From: Acidobacteriota bacterium
Lineage (GTDB): Bacteria > Acidobacteriota > UBA6911
DNA: 64,000 bases
Assembly: GCA_016934555.1 (NCBI GenBank)
Contig: JAFGSS010000088.1
Span: forward strand, 430 to 64,429
Direction: 5' to 3'
The notes under the pieces are model-generated. The model saw nothing but the letters and a program-made list of their open reading frames with translations. It was not told the DNA's origin and made no database searches. Of this stretch, positions 1-9,934 are shown in pieces. The position numbers and the translations under genes were made by a program. Each line of letters opens with the position of its first letter. Position 1 is the first letter of the stretch.

Positions 1-477
1 GAAAAACCGGAGGAACGGGCCAGTTCCTCTGCGAATTCCGGGAAGAAGATCCGGGCGGCCGAATAGAGATGGGTGTCCCCCCCCATGGCGTTGCCGTAAA
101 TGACGGCCGTGCGCTCCGTGTTCAGGGGGCGCGAGGGATACCCGTAATCCAGCAGCGCCTCCCGCGCGGTGACCACGCCCCATTTCTGGGTCAGGTCCAT
201 CGCCTGGCTGACGCGCGGAGGAATGGGGAGTTTCCATTTGAGCGGGTCCCATTCCCATTCCCGGACCCACCCGCCGATCTTCGTGTAGGTCTTGTCCGGG
301 GCCTTGGGGTCCGCGTCGTAGTACAGGGCGGAATCCCAGCGTTCCTTCTCCACTTCCGTGATGCTGTAGACGCCGTCCCGGACATTTTGCCAGAACCTGG
401 GCGCGTTGGGCGCATCGGGCAGGACCGCCCCTACGCCGACAATGGCCACCGCCTTCTCCGCTGCAGATGCTTTCATT
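1..477 (-). CDS. PfaA-like / type I PKS beta-ketoacyl synthase (KS) domain protein, N-terminal part; the gene continues beyond the window start
   Basis: Minus-strand translation from the ATG at 475-477 gives MKASAAEKAVAIVGVGAVLPDAPNAPRFWQNVRDGVYSITEVEKERWDSALYYDADPKAPDKTYTKIGGWVREWEWDPLKW. The VAIVGxG...FWxN...D....YYD......K.Y.K.GG pattern is the N-terminus of PUFA-synthase/PKS-type KS domains. It is not in the supplied ORF list because there is no stop inside the window. Confidence 0.7.
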
Positions 478-578
478 CTTCCAGAACCTCCAGACAATTC
501 CCCAATTCCCGCCGCCGGGGCCCATGGCCTCCGGCCGGTCCGGGGGCGGCACCGCCGCCCCCTCCAAGATCCCCAGGG

Positions 579-2237
579 TTACCCCGACTGTCGCTCGTAC
601 AGGATGTCGGCCGCGAGGTCCATATCCGGCATCAACCCCGCCTGTGCCCGGTAAATCTGCGGAATCAGGATCTGTTTTTCAAGCTGGATCGATTCCGCCT
701 CGGGGACCAGCGACCCGATCCACCGCATCCCTTCGCCCGCCAGCTTCATCGCCGCGTCGCGGGCGAAGATGCGGCCGAAGGCGGCCAGGGCATCGGCGTG
801 GAAGCGGCCGTGCGCCTTTTCGCTCAGGGTTCCGTCCGCCGCCCGCACCGCCCGGCGGGCGAGACTGGCGGCCCCTTCCACCCAGGCGATGATTTCGCCC
901 AGCCGGAAGAGCACGTGCTGGTGGCGCGTCAGCCGCTGCTTGCGGGCCACCTCGAGCAGCTCCGCCAGCGCGTGCAGGCAGAGGGCCGCGGTCGCGGCGC
1001 CCACCTGCCCCTGCTCGCCGTGCAGCTGTTCCATCTCGCGCGCCATGTCGTGGTAGAACTGGCCGTGGGTCTTCAGATGCGTCTGCCAGCGGTCGCGGCA
1101 GATGGTCATTTCCATGATCTCGCTGGTCCCCTCGTAGATCCTCGTGATCCGGGCGTCCCGCTTGTACTTCTCCACCATGTATTCGCGCGTGTAGCCATAT
1201 CCCCCGAGCGCCTGGATGGCCGCGTCGGCCGCCAGGTTCCCCGCCTCGGTGGCCAGGTACTTGGCGATCGCCCCCTCGGTATTCAGGTTGCTGTCCTCGG
1301 TGTCGATCCGTTCGGCCGTCTCCTCGATGTAGGCGCGGGCGGCCTCGAGCATCACGGCGTGGGGGACGATGAGCTTGTGGGTATACCCCTGTTTTTCGGA
1401 AAGGGGCGCCCCGCCCTGGATCCGGCCCACCGAATAGGGAATGGCGCGGTCCAGGGCGGCCCAGCCGGCGCCCAGCCCGAAGGCGGCGACCATCAGCCGG
1501 GTATAGCCGAACACCAGCTGCGCCTGGATAAGCCCCTGCCCTTCCACGCCCCCGACGAGGCGGTCGGCGTCGACGTAGACGTCCTCCAGGGAGACCGTGG
1601 CCGTGTTGCTGGCGCGGATCCCATGCTTGTCCTCGGGCTTGCCGTGGCCCAGCCCCGGGGTGTCCTTTTCCACGATGAACCAGCTGGGCCCCCCCGGCGC
1701 CTTGGCCAGGACGGAATAGAGATCGGCGTACCCCCCGTTGCTGATCCACTGCTTGTTCCCGGTGATGCGGTACCCCTTGACGGACCCGTCCTCCATCACC
1801 GGCTCCGCCACCGTCCTCAGCGCGGCCAGGTCGCTCCCGGCTTCCGGTTCGGTCGCGCCGTAAGCCATCAGCAGCCCCTCCAGCGCGATCCGCGTCATCC
1901 AGCGTTTCTTCTGCTCGTGGGTCCCGCCGAAGATGATCGGGTCGCTTCCCAGGAAGGTCGCCAGCACCCCGGTGGCCAGCCCCAGGTCCACGCGCGCCAG
2001 CTCCTCGCACACCCGGTAGACGTCGAAGGCGCCCCCCCCCATCCCCTCGAACTCCTCGGGGATGAACAGGAGCTGGATGCCCAGCTCGGCGCCGCACATG
2101 TCCCTCACGATGTCGATCGGGAACTCCTCGGTGGCGTCCAGTTCCAGGATCTTCTTCTCCGGCAGGCGCGAAGCGGTGAAATCCCTCAGCGCTTCCAGCG
2201 TCATGTCCAGCGTCTCTCTGTCCAGTCCTTTGCTCAT
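579..2237 (-). CDS. acyl-CoA dehydrogenase, long form with C-terminal extension
   Basis: 552-aa ORF with ACAD N-terminal, middle ([14 protein letters not shown]...[11 protein letters not shown]) and C-terminal ([18 protein letters not shown]) signatures, plus a ~170-aa extra C-terminal helical region. Confidence 0.9.
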   Translation of the reverse strand: MSKGLDRETLDMTLEALRDFTASRLPEKKILELDATEEFPIDIVRDMCGAELGIQLLFIPEEFEGMGGGAFDVYRVCEELARVDLGLATGVLATFLGSDPIIFGGTHEQKKRWMTRIALEGLLMAYGATEPEAGSDLAALRTVAEPVMEDGSVKGYRITGNKQWISNGGYADLYSVLAKAPGGPSWFIVEKDTPGLGHGKPEDKHGIRASNTATVSLEDVYVDADRLVGGVEGQGLIQAQLVFGYTRLMVAAFGLGAGWAALDRAIPYSVGRIQGGAPLSEKQGYTHKLIVPHAVMLEAARAYIEETAERIDTEDSNLNTEGAIAKYLATEAGNLAADAAIQALGGYGYTREYMVEKYKRDARITRIYEGTSEIMEMTICRDRWQTHLKTHGQFYHDMAREMEQLHGEQGQVGAATAALCLHALAELLEVARKQRLTRHQHVLFRLGEIIAWVEGAASLARRAVRAADGTLSEKAHGRFHADALAAFGRIFARDAAMKLAGEGMRWIGSLVPEAESIQLEKQILIPQIYRAQAGLMPDMDLAADILYERQSG

Positions 2238-2332
2238 AGTTCAGGAGGCCTCAAATGATCAATAGTTAGGGTTGAGATAAGTATCTAAGCGGTCCGGTCA
2301 TGTCAAGCCCATTACCTCCCCGCGCCCGGGGT

Positions 2333-3397
2333 TTACGCCCTCAACAGGAGCGCGCCCCAGTTCATTCCCGCTCCGAACGCCACCATGAGGACCAGGTCCC
2401 CGGGCCGGATCCGGCCGGAGCGCGCGGCTTCATCCCACAGGAGCGGGATCGTCGCCGCCGTCGTGTTGCCGTACTTCTGAATGTTATGGATGACCTTCCC
2501 GTCGGGAAGGCCCAGCATCTTCTGCACCCGTTCGTTTATGCGCAGGTTGGCCTGGTGCATCAGCACCAGGGACAGGTCGTCGGTCGTCAGCCGGTTCCGC
2601 TCCAGGACCTCCCTGGCCACACGCGTCATGGAGTTGGCCGCGTTGCGGAAGACATAGGTCCCCTTCATTACGGGGATATGCTCGCCGCGGGCGATCTGCC
2701 CGGCGTCGACGTAGGGGCGGTGCCGGAAACCGGCGCCGGGGACGTAGATCCGGTCGAAATCGGCCCCGTCGGTGTAGAGGACCGAGTCGATGACGCCCCG
2801 GTCCTTGTCCTCCTCGGCCTTGATCACCACCGCGGCGCCCGCATCCCCGAACAGCACCGTAACATTGCGGAACCGCGTGTTCCAGGCATATTCCTCCGGG
2901 GTCGGGGGAGCTTCGGTCAGACCGTAGAGGTAACGATAGTTCTCCGGGGTCCAGGGCATGAACCCGGTGTGGGTCTCCGCGCCCACCAGGAGGACGGTCT
3001 TTGCCATGCCGGACCGGATATGCGCGTCGGCCAGCTGCATCCCGTAGAGAAACCCGGCACACTGTTGGCGGATGTCGAAGCAGGGCACCGGGGGAACCCC
3101 CAACTTGGACTGAAGCATCCCCCCGCAGCCCGGGAAAAAATGATCGGGCGTCATCGTTGCGAAGATGACGAGGTCGAGATCCGCCCGGTCGACGAGGGCA
3201 TTCTCGAGCGCCGCCCGGGCGGCGTCGACCCCCAGGTCCGAAGTGGCCATCCCCTCATCGACATAGTAACGGGTTTCGACCCCGCTCCGGTCCCGGATCC
3301 ATTCGTCACCGGCATCCATTATCCGGGACAGCATATCGTTCGTCACCCTGTTGGGGGGAATCGAGACGCCGCTCCCGACAATGACCGATCGCACCAT
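2333..3397 (-). CDS. fabH: 3-oxoacyl-ACP synthase III (FabH-like KAS III)
   Basis: The 525-aa ORF 2333..3910 contains a 355-aa FabH-like protein starting at MVRSVIVGSGVSIPPNRVTNDML (ATG at 3397). It carries the C..H..N catalytic triad regions (CAGFLYGMQ ... MHQANLRIN ... AFGAGMNWGA). The upstream 170 aa are low-complexity read-through. Confidence 0.85.
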   Translation of the reverse strand: MVRSVIVGSGVSIPPNRVTNDMLSRIMDAGDEWIRDRSGVETRYYVDEGMATSDLGVDAARAALENALVDRADLDLVIFATMTPDHFFPGCGGMLQSKLGVPPVPCFDIRQQCAGFLYGMQLADAHIRSGMAKTVLLVGAETHTGFMPWTPENYRYLYGLTEAPPTPEEYAWNTRFRNVTVLFGDAGAAVVIKAEEDKDRGVIDSVLYTDGADFDRIYVPGAGFRHRPYVDAGQIARGEHIPVMKGTYVFRNAANSMTRVAREVLERNRLTTDDLSLVLMHQANLRINERVQKMLGLPDGKVIHNIQKYGNTTAATIPLLWDEAARSGRIRPGDLVLMVAFGAGMNWGALLLRA

Positions 3398-3474
3398 AAA
3401 GCGTTCCTCTCCAAAAATATAAACGCTGATTGTAGCATGAGTGCGGGCCGGAGTCTTAAAGTCTTTGTGCATCG

Positions 3475-3509
3475 CCCTCCCTTCCCCTTTTCCCCTTTTC
3501 CGCCCCCCC
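3475..3509. repeat. 35-nt polypyrimidine (CT-rich) / polypurine tract in the divergent fabH / sensor-kinase promoter region
   Basis: The sequence is ccctcccttccccttttccccttttccgccccccct. It sits between the fabH start (3397) and the sensor kinase start (3576). Confidence 0.6.
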
Positions 3510-3575
3510 TGGAAACACTCCCCCGATCTCCCAAGCCCATTGCAAAAACCGTATTGGAAACGGTAAGTTAGGGCC

Positions 3576-6500
3576 ATGACACTGGCACCCGTACCGGACT
3601 GGACCCTCAGAAGCGCCGGCCGCCTGGCGGCCCTGATGTTTCTAGCGCTGCTGCTCGCACCCCTCGGGGCGTCACCCCCGTCCGGGCACCCCCTCCCGCT
3701 TCTGGTCGAGGCAGCGGCCGTGAAGGCCCTGCCACCCGCAGAGGCGGCCCGCGGGTACCCGGTGCGGCTCCGGGGCCTGGTGCGGTACCATAACCCGGAG
3801 CTGGGCGTGCTGAATCTCCAGGATTCTTCAGGCGGCGTTTTCATCGAGCTCAAAAACCCGGCCCCGGCGCCCGAACCGGGGGACTGGATCGAAATCGAGG
3901 GGCGCAGCACCCCCGGGGCGTACCCTGCCCTCGTCCGGTGGACCCGGATCGGGGCCGTCCCCCCCGGACCGCTTCCGCCGGCCAGGAGACTTTCCCTCTC
4001 CCGCCTCGACCCGGCGCTGGAAGCGGGGGAGTGGATGGAACTGGAGGGGATCGTTCACAACGCCTACCAGGAGGGGACGTACACCATCCTGGAGGTCTAC
4101 GAGGGAAAGCAGAAGGCCTTCCTGCGCCTCCGGGATTCCGCCCGGAACCCGGCCGGCCGGCTGGTCGACTCCATCGTCAGGGTTCAGGGGGTCCTGGCCG
4201 TCAACACCGACTCGGCCGGCCGGCCGGTCCGGCTGGAGCTCTGGGTCCCGGAGCAGGACAAGATCCGGGTGCTCGCCCCACCGCCCATGAATGCGCAGGA
4301 AATCCCGGTGACGGCCGTCGGGGACATCGAAAAGGCGTGGCCCGAAGGCCCGCCGCTGCACCGTATCCGGATCCAGGGGACCGTCATGCCCGGACAGACC
4401 GAGAGCGGGTTGCTCGTCAGGGACGAAACCGGGACGCTGCCGGCCCAGCCGCTGTTCACCCGGCCGATCTCCCCCGGAGACGAGGTGGAACTGGTGGGGT
4501 TCGCGGACCCCGCAAGCCCCACTCCCAGGATCATCAACGCGGTCTTTCTCAGGATCAGGGCCGAGGCGATCGAAAGCGCCGAGGAAGTGGGGCTGCCCCT
4601 GCTGACCCGGATCTCCCGGATCCGCTCGCTTTCCGGGGGGGAGGCCGCCCGGGGTTATCCGGTCAGGATCAGGGGGGTGGTCACCTATCACAACCCCCAG
4701 CTTTCGATGACGTTTCTGCAGAGCGGCCCGGACGCCATCTACCTGAACTCGCTCGATCCGGCCCTTCAACTGGAAGAGAGAACCGAATACGAGGTCCGCG
4801 GCTTCAGCGCTCCCGGGGATTTCGCCCCCATCATCACCAAGCCCGAATTCCGCACCCTGGGCCCGGCCCCACTCCCCCCGCCCATCGACATTACGCTGGA
4901 TCAGCTCTCCACCGGCGGCTACGACTGCCGCCGTGTTCGGGTCGGCGGGGTGATCCGCGCGGTCCACGAGGTCGGCAACCGCTGGCGCCTCGAGCTGTTC
5001 GGCGGGGGGAAAACGATCGAGCTCTGGCTCTCGAACCCGGTGGCGGCCGCGGAAACCGCGGCGCTGCTCGATTCCGAGATCCGGGCGACCGGCGTCTGCT
5101 CGATTCAGGTCGGCCGCTGGGGCAACATCAGCGGCTTCCGCCTGAACGTCCCCTCGATCGCCGACATCCGGGTCGAAAAGCGGCCCGCCTTCGATCCCTT
5201 TTCCGCCCCCCTGTCCGCCATCCGGAACATCTTCCGCACCCCCGCGGGGGCCCCCCACCGGGTCCGGATCGAGGGCGTTCTGCTGCACCAGCAGCCGGGG
5301 GCCCTCTACATCCGCGACCGGTCGGGCACCCTCTCCATCCCGATCCGGCAGCCCCTGCCGGTGAACCCCAGCGACATCCTGAGCGTGAGCGGCTATCCGG
5401 CCCCGGGCGAATTCGCCCCCACCCTGGAGCACCCCCTCGTCAAAAGGGTGGGATCGGGTCCCGCGCCCCTCCCCAGGACCCTTTCGGGTGTGCGGGAACT
5501 CCCCGCCGCCATCCACGGGGATCTCGTGCGCCTCAGGGGACGGCTGGTGGACCAGTGGCACGGGATCGAAGGGCATACCTACATCCTGCAGGACCTGGCG
5601 CACAACCCGATGGCTTTCGAGGCCGTTCTGCACGACGGGCAGGGTACCTTCACCCCCCCCGCCCTGCGCAACGGCAGCGAACTGGAACTGACCGGGATTT
5701 CGCTCCTGACTGCGGGGGGAGCCGACCAGCACGCCGTTCGCTTCCTCCTGCGCACCCCCGAAGACATCCGCGTGCTGAAGAATGCGCCCTGGTGGAACAT
5801 GCGCCACACCCTGTGGGCCATGGGCCTCCTGCTTCTGGTCATCCTGCTGGCGCTCGGGTGGGCCGGGCTGCTCAGGGCACGGGTCCACCGCCAGACCCGC
5901 ATCATCCGGCAGCGGCTGGAAATCGAGGCCGCGCTGGAGCGCCGGTACCGCGAGCTTTTCGAAGGGTCGAACGACATCGTCTTTTCCTGCGAAGCCACCG
6001 GCCGGCTCGACTCGGTCAACCCCGCCGCAGCCCGCATCCTGGGGTATTCTACGGAAGAGCTGCTCCGGATGAAGCCTCTCGAACTGGTGGCAGCGCCATC
6101 GCGCCCCGAAGTCCTGGAATGGATCGGGAAAAAGATCGGGGGGGAGGAATGCGGCGCCCTGGAGTGCGAGTTGCGGGCGCGTGAAGGTCATCCGGTCATG
6201 GTCGAAGTCAACGGCGAGATCCTCTCCTCCGGCGGCGTCCCCGCCGGAGGTCACGGGATAGCCAGGGACATCACCGGGCGCAAGGAGGCGGAAAACTCCC
6301 TGCGCCGGAGCGAGGAAAAACTCCGTCAGGCACAGAAGATCGAGGCCGTCGGAAACCTCGCCGGGGGGATCGCCCACGACTTCAACAACATCCTCTCCGC
6401 GATCCTGGGCTACGCTGAATTGTCGGCACCCGATCTCCCCCCGGGCCACCCGGTAAGCGAGAACCTCGGCCAGATCTCCCGGGCGGCCCGGCGTGCGCGT

Positions 6501-7469
6501 GATGTCGTCAACCAGATCCTGGCCTTCAGCCGCAGGCTCGAACACCCGCGCCGCCCCACCCACCTGAAACCGGTCCTGGAGGAGGCGCTCGACCTGCTGC
6601 GGGCCACCTTACCCTCCACGGTCGAGATCACGACCGATATTGCGCCCGACTGCCCGCCGGTGCTGGCCGACTCCACCCAGATGCACCAGGTCGTGGTCAA
6701 CCTGGCCACCAACGCCGCGCATGCCCTCAAGGACACGGGAGGCGAAATGCACCTGGCCCTGAAACCGGTCCGGTGCCCGGCGGACGGTCTCCCGGACCTG
6801 CCTCCCGGCGAATATGTCTGCCTGAGCGTTCGCGACACGGGCCCGGGGATCGACCCCGCGATCCAGAAACAGATTTTCGACCCTTACTTCACCACGAAAC
6901 CCGCCGGGGAGGGGAGCGGCCTCGGCCTGGCGGTGGTTCACGGTATCGTGCAGGCCCACGGGGGGCGGGTGCACCTCGACAGCAGGCCGGGGGAAGGGAC
7001 CTGTTTCCACATCTGCCTCCCCCGCTCTGCCGACCTGCCGGCCGACGACGGCCCGCCCGCCCCGGCCCCCGTGGGGGGGAGCGGCCGCATCCTCTTCGTG
7101 GACGACGAGGAAACCCTCGTGAAGCTCGGCAGGAGGTTCCTGGAAAAACTGGGTTACGAGGTCACGGGGGAAACCAGCAGCCGGCGGGCCCTGGAACTGT
7201 TCAGCCGGGATCCCGGCCGGTTCGACCTGATCGTCACGGACCAGACCATGCCGCAGCTGACCGGGATGTCCCTGGCGGAGTCGGTGTGGAGGCTCCGGCC
7301 CGGCCTCCCCATCGTCATCTCCACCGGCTACAGCGAACAGATCACCCCCGAGAGGAGTTCCGCGCTGGGTTTCAGTGCGCTGCTTTCCAAGCCCTATAGC
7401 CTTCCCGAGCTGTCGCGGGCTGTGGAGCACTGCAGGGAGAAGGGGGATGCGGGTCAGAACACGGGATAG
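3576..7469 (+). CDS. hybrid sensor histidine kinase / response regulator with a large periplasmic tandem-repeat domain
   Basis: 1297-aa protein. An N-terminal signal/TM segment is followed by ~6-7 tandem ~95-aa repeats (recurring ARGYPVR[LI]RG[LV]V.YHNP, H[RV][IV]RI.G.[VL]...G.L.[IV]RD.[ST]GTL and PG[DE]FAP motifs). Then come a TM helix, a PAS domain, HisKA (IAHDFNNILSAILGYAEL), HATPase_c (GSGLGLAVVHGIV) and a C-terminal REC domain (ILFVDDEE...LIVTDQTMP). Confidence 0.85.
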   Translation: MTLAPVPDWTLRSAGRLAALMFLALLLAPLGASPPSGHPLPLLVEAAAVKALPPAEAARGYPVRLRGLVRYHNPELGVLNLQDSSGGVFIELKNPAPAPEPGDWIEIEGRSTPGAYPALVRWTRIGAVPPGPLPPARRLSLSRLDPALEAGEWMELEGIVHNAYQEGTYTILEVYEGKQKAFLRLRDSARNPAGRLVDSIVRVQGVLAVNTDSAGRPVRLELWVPEQDKIRVLAPPPMNAQEIPVTAVGDIEKAWPEGPPLHRIRIQGTVMPGQTESGLLVRDETGTLPAQPLFTRPISPGDEVELVGFADPASPTPRIINAVFLRIRAEAIESAEEVGLPLLTRISRIRSLSGGEAARGYPVRIRGVVTYHNPQLSMTFLQSGPDAIYLNSLDPALQLEERTEYEVRGFSAPGDFAPIITKPEFRTLGPAPLPPPIDITLDQLSTGGYDCRRVRVGGVIRAVHEVGNRWRLELFGGGKTIELWLSNPVAAAETAALLDSEIRATGVCSIQVGRWGNISGFRLNVPSIADIRVEKRPAFDPFSAPLSAIRNIFRTPAGAPHRVRIEGVLLHQQPGALYIRDRSGTLSIPIRQPLPVNPSDILSVSGYPAPGEFAPTLEHPLVKRVGSGPAPLPRTLSGVRELPAAIHGDLVRLRGRLVDQWHGIEGHTYILQDLAHNPMAFEAVLHDGQGTFTPPALRNGSELELTGISLLTAGGADQHAVRFLLRTPEDIRVLKNAPWWNMRHTLWAMGLLLLVILLALGWAGLLRARVHRQTRIIRQRLEIEAALERRYRELFEGSNDIVFSCEATGRLDSVNPAAARILGYSTEELLRMKPLELVAAPSRPEVLEWIGKKIGGEECGALECELRAREGHPVMVEVNGEILSSGGVPAGGHGIARDITGRKEAENSLRRSEEKLRQAQKIEAVGNLAGGIAHDFNNILSAILGYAELSAPDLPPGHPVSENLGQISRAARRARDVVNQILAFSRRLEHPRRPTHLKPVLEEALDLLRATLPSTVEITTDIAPDCPPVLADSTQMHQVVVNLATNAAHALKDTGGEMHLALKPVRCPADGLPDLPPGEYVCLSVRDTGPGIDPAIQKQIFDPYFTTKPAGEGSGLGLAVVHGIVQAHGGRVHLDSRPGEGTCFHICLPRSADLPADDGPPAPAPVGGSGRILFVDDEETLVKLGRRFLEKLGYEVTGETSSRRALELFSRDPGRFDLIVTDQTMPQLTGMSLAESVWRLRPGLPIVISTGYSEQITPERSSALGFSALLSKPYSLPELSRAVEHCREKGDAGQNTG

Positions 7470-8344
7470 GAACCGAGCACCTTGAGGTAGGGCGCGAGTT
7501 CCCTCAGGTGCCGCAGCGCGTGCACACACTCGCGGCTCCGGACGTCGATCCGCAGGTCGAGGTAAAACAGGTACTCCCAGGGGAGGCCGCGGATCGGACG
7601 CGACTCGATTTTGCTGAGATCGATGTTGCGCAGGGCGAAGACCGACAGCGCCCTGAAGAGAATTCCGGGCTCGTTGCGAAGCCCGAACACGATGCTGGTC
7701 TTCTCACCCCCCGGGGGATACCTCTTACGGGGCGCCAGCGCCAGGAACCGGGTGTAATTTTCCGGATCGTCCTCGATTCCCCGCAACAGCACCTGCATGC
7801 CGTAGATGCGGGCCGCGTCCTCCGAGGCGATCGCGGCGGCGTCCCGCATCCCCCGGTCCCTGATGAACCTGACGCTTCCGGCCGTGTCGTAGGAGGTGTT
7901 CCTCTCCACCCTCCGCAGCCGGGCGAGCAGGCGGGTGCACTGGTCCAGGGCGGCGGGATGCGAATAGACCCGGCGGATCTGCCCGATCCGGACGCCGGGA
8001 TGCACGATCAGGCTGTGCTCCACGCGGAGCGAAGTCTCGGCGATGACTTCCAGGGAATGCCGGGCGAGCAGATCGTAGTTTTTGTGAATGCTTCCGGCCA
8101 GCGTGTTTTCGATGGGGACCACGGCCAGGTCCGCCTTCTTCTTCCGGACCGCCCCGAAGGCCTCATCGAAAGAGGCGCAATGCACCGGCTCGATCCGGGA
8201 CCCGAACAGGCGGCAGGCCGCCCGGTGCGAGAAGGAACCGAGTTCCCCTTGCAGGGCCACGCAGGTCCCCGCGGGCACCCGGAGTCCCGGCCCGGGCTTC
8301 CCCCGGCCGACGCCCCCCGGAGCCTCAGGCTTCGGTTCGGCCAT
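7454..8344 (-). CDS. pheA: prephenate dehydratase
   Basis: PDT domain plus C-terminal ACT domain (ESRPIRGLPWEYLFYLD). The start is uncertain: candidates are ATG 8362, ATG 8344 or a non-ATG start further in. The 3' end overlaps the sensor-kinase stop convergently by 16 nt. Confidence 0.8.
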   Translation of the reverse strand: MAEPKPEAPGGVGRGKPGPGLRVPAGTCVALQGELGSFSHRAACRLFGSRIEPVHCASFDEAFGAVRKKKADLAVVPIENTLAGSIHKNYDLLARHSLEVIAETSLRVEHSLIVHPGVRIGQIRRVYSHPAALDQCTRLLARLRRVERNTSYDTAGSVRFIRDRGMRDAAAIASEDAARIYGMQVLLRGIEDDPENYTRFLALAPRKRYPPGGEKTSIVFGLRNEPGILFRALSVFALRNIDLSKIESRPIRGLPWEYLFYLDLRIDVRSRECVHALRHLRELAPYLKVLGSYPVF

Positions 8345-9869
8345 TTTGGGCTTCCAGGGCAAGCTGGTAGTGAATCGATTTGTTCACCGCGTCGACGTAG
8401 GCGCGGGTGCTGGCGTCGACGATGTCCAGGCTTGCCGCCTTCCCTATGAACGACGCCTTGCCGAAATCGACCTTCATGAACACCTCCCCGACGGCGTCCC
8501 GCCCCCCGGTGACGCTGCGGACGGTGAATTCAACCACCTTCCCCTCGATGCCGGTGATGCGGTTCACCGCCTTGACCACCGCGTCCACGGGGCCGTCCCC
8601 GGTGGCGGAGTCCTGCATGAGTACCCCCTCCTTCTCCAGAATCAGGGTCGTGGTGGCCACCACCTGGTTCCCGGCGATGGACTGGACGTTTTTGACCTTG
8701 AACACCGAGGGGACGATGCGCAGCGCGTCGCGGACGGTCACGATCAGGTCCTCGTCGAAGACCTCCTTCTTCTTGTCCGCCACCTTCATGAGGAGCACGT
8801 AGGCCTTTTCCAGCTCGGCCTCGCTCAGGTGGAATCCCAGTTCCGCGTACTTCTTCTTCAGGGCGTGGCGGCCCGAATGCTTGCCCAGGACCAGCTTGCT
8901 TTCCTTGATCCCCACGTCCTCGGGCCGCATGATCTCGTAGGTGAGCTTTTCCTTGAGCATGCCGTCCTGGTGAATCCCGGCCTCGTGCCGGAACGCGTTC
9001 CGCCCGACGATGGCCTTGTTGGGCTGCACGATCATGCCGGTCAGGTTCGTCACCATGCTGCTCGAGGAAAAGATCTCCCGGGAGTCGACCCTGCTTTCGA
9101 CGCCGAAGAGGTCGCGGCGGGTCTTGAGCGCCATGACGATCTCCTCGAGAGAGGCGTTCCCCGCGCGCTCGCCGATCCCGTTGACGGTGCATTCGACCTG
9201 GCGGACCCCGTTCTGGATCGCCGTGAGGGAGTTGGCGACCGCCAGGCCCAGGTCGTTGTGGCAGTGCACCGACAGAATCGCCTTCCCGATGTTGGGGACG
9301 TGGGCGTTCAGATAGCGGATCCTCTCCGCATATTCGGTGGGAATGGTGTACCCCACCGTGTCGGGGATATTCACCACATCGGCCCCGGCGGCGATCACCG
9401 CCTCCACGACCTCGGCCAAGTAAGGCAGATCCGACCGGGTGGCGTCCTCCGCGGAAAACTCCACCTCCGGGCAGAGAGACCGGGCGTAGGCCACCGCCTT
9501 CCGGGCGCTCTCGAGTACCTGCTCCCTGCTTTTGTTCAACTTATGCTTTAGATGTATGTCCGATGTTGCTATGAATACATGAATTCTCGGCTTTGCAGCC
9601 GCCTTGACCGCCTCCCAGCAGCGGTCGATGTCCCCCTTGTTGCACCGGGCCAGGCCGGCGATGGTGATCGAGTGAATCTTTTCCGAAATCCGGCGCACGG
9701 ACTCGAAGTCCCCCTCGGACGAGATCGGGAAACCGGCTTCAATGACGTCCACCCGCATCCGTTCCAGCTGCTCGGCCAGCATCAGCTTTTCGCTGATGGT
9801 CATGCTGGCCCCGGGAGACTGTTCGCCGTCCCTTAACGTGGTATCGAAAATGAGCACTCGATCTTTCAT
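8325..9869 (-). CDS. leuA: 2-isopropylmalate synthase
   Basis: 514 aa with a HMGL-like TIM barrel (LRDGEQSPG, HCHNDLGLAVANSL) plus the LeuA allosteric/dimerisation C-terminal domain. Confidence 0.9.
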   Translation of the reverse strand: MKDRVLIFDTTLRDGEQSPGASMTISEKLMLAEQLERMRVDVIEAGFPISSEGDFESVRRISEKIHSITIAGLARCNKGDIDRCWEAVKAAAKPRIHVFIATSDIHLKHKLNKSREQVLESARKAVAYARSLCPEVEFSAEDATRSDLPYLAEVVEAVIAAGADVVNIPDTVGYTIPTEYAERIRYLNAHVPNIGKAILSVHCHNDLGLAVANSLTAIQNGVRQVECTVNGIGERAGNASLEEIVMALKTRRDLFGVESRVDSREIFSSSSMVTNLTGMIVQPNKAIVGRNAFRHEAGIHQDGMLKEKLTYEIMRPEDVGIKESKLVLGKHSGRHALKKKYAELGFHLSEAELEKAYVLLMKVADKKKEVFDEDLIVTVRDALRIVPSVFKVKNVQSIAGNQVVATTTLILEKEGVLMQDSATGDGPVDAVVKAVNRITGIEGKVVEFTVRSVTGGRDAVGEVFMKVDFGKASFIGKAASLDIVDASTRAYVDAVNKSIHYQLALEAQNGRTEA

Positions 9870-9934
9870 TACTGGATCCTTTCACCGGTTTCCTGGACCC
9901 GGTCGTGCCGCCGGACCTGCGGGCGGGCGTCGGG

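Noticed and set aside
69-2258. 729-aa plus-strand ORF
   Set aside because: Antisense shadow of the acyl-CoA dehydrogenase and KS genes. Pro/Arg/Gly-rich low-complexity translation typical of high-GC antisense frames.
2333-3910. Full 525-aa extent of the FabH ORF
   Set aside because: The N-terminal 171 aa are Ser/Gly/Arg low-complexity sequence with no RBS-supported start. The FabH homology begins at MVRSV (ATG 3397).
3828-6563. 911-aa minus-strand ORF and the 748-aa plus-strand alternate-frame ORF 3938..6184
   Set aside because: Both lie entirely within the sensor kinase CDS, have RGP-rich composition and no domains. They are shadow ORFs.
8088-9551. 487-aa plus-strand ORF
   Set aside because: Antisense to leuA with no domain signatures.
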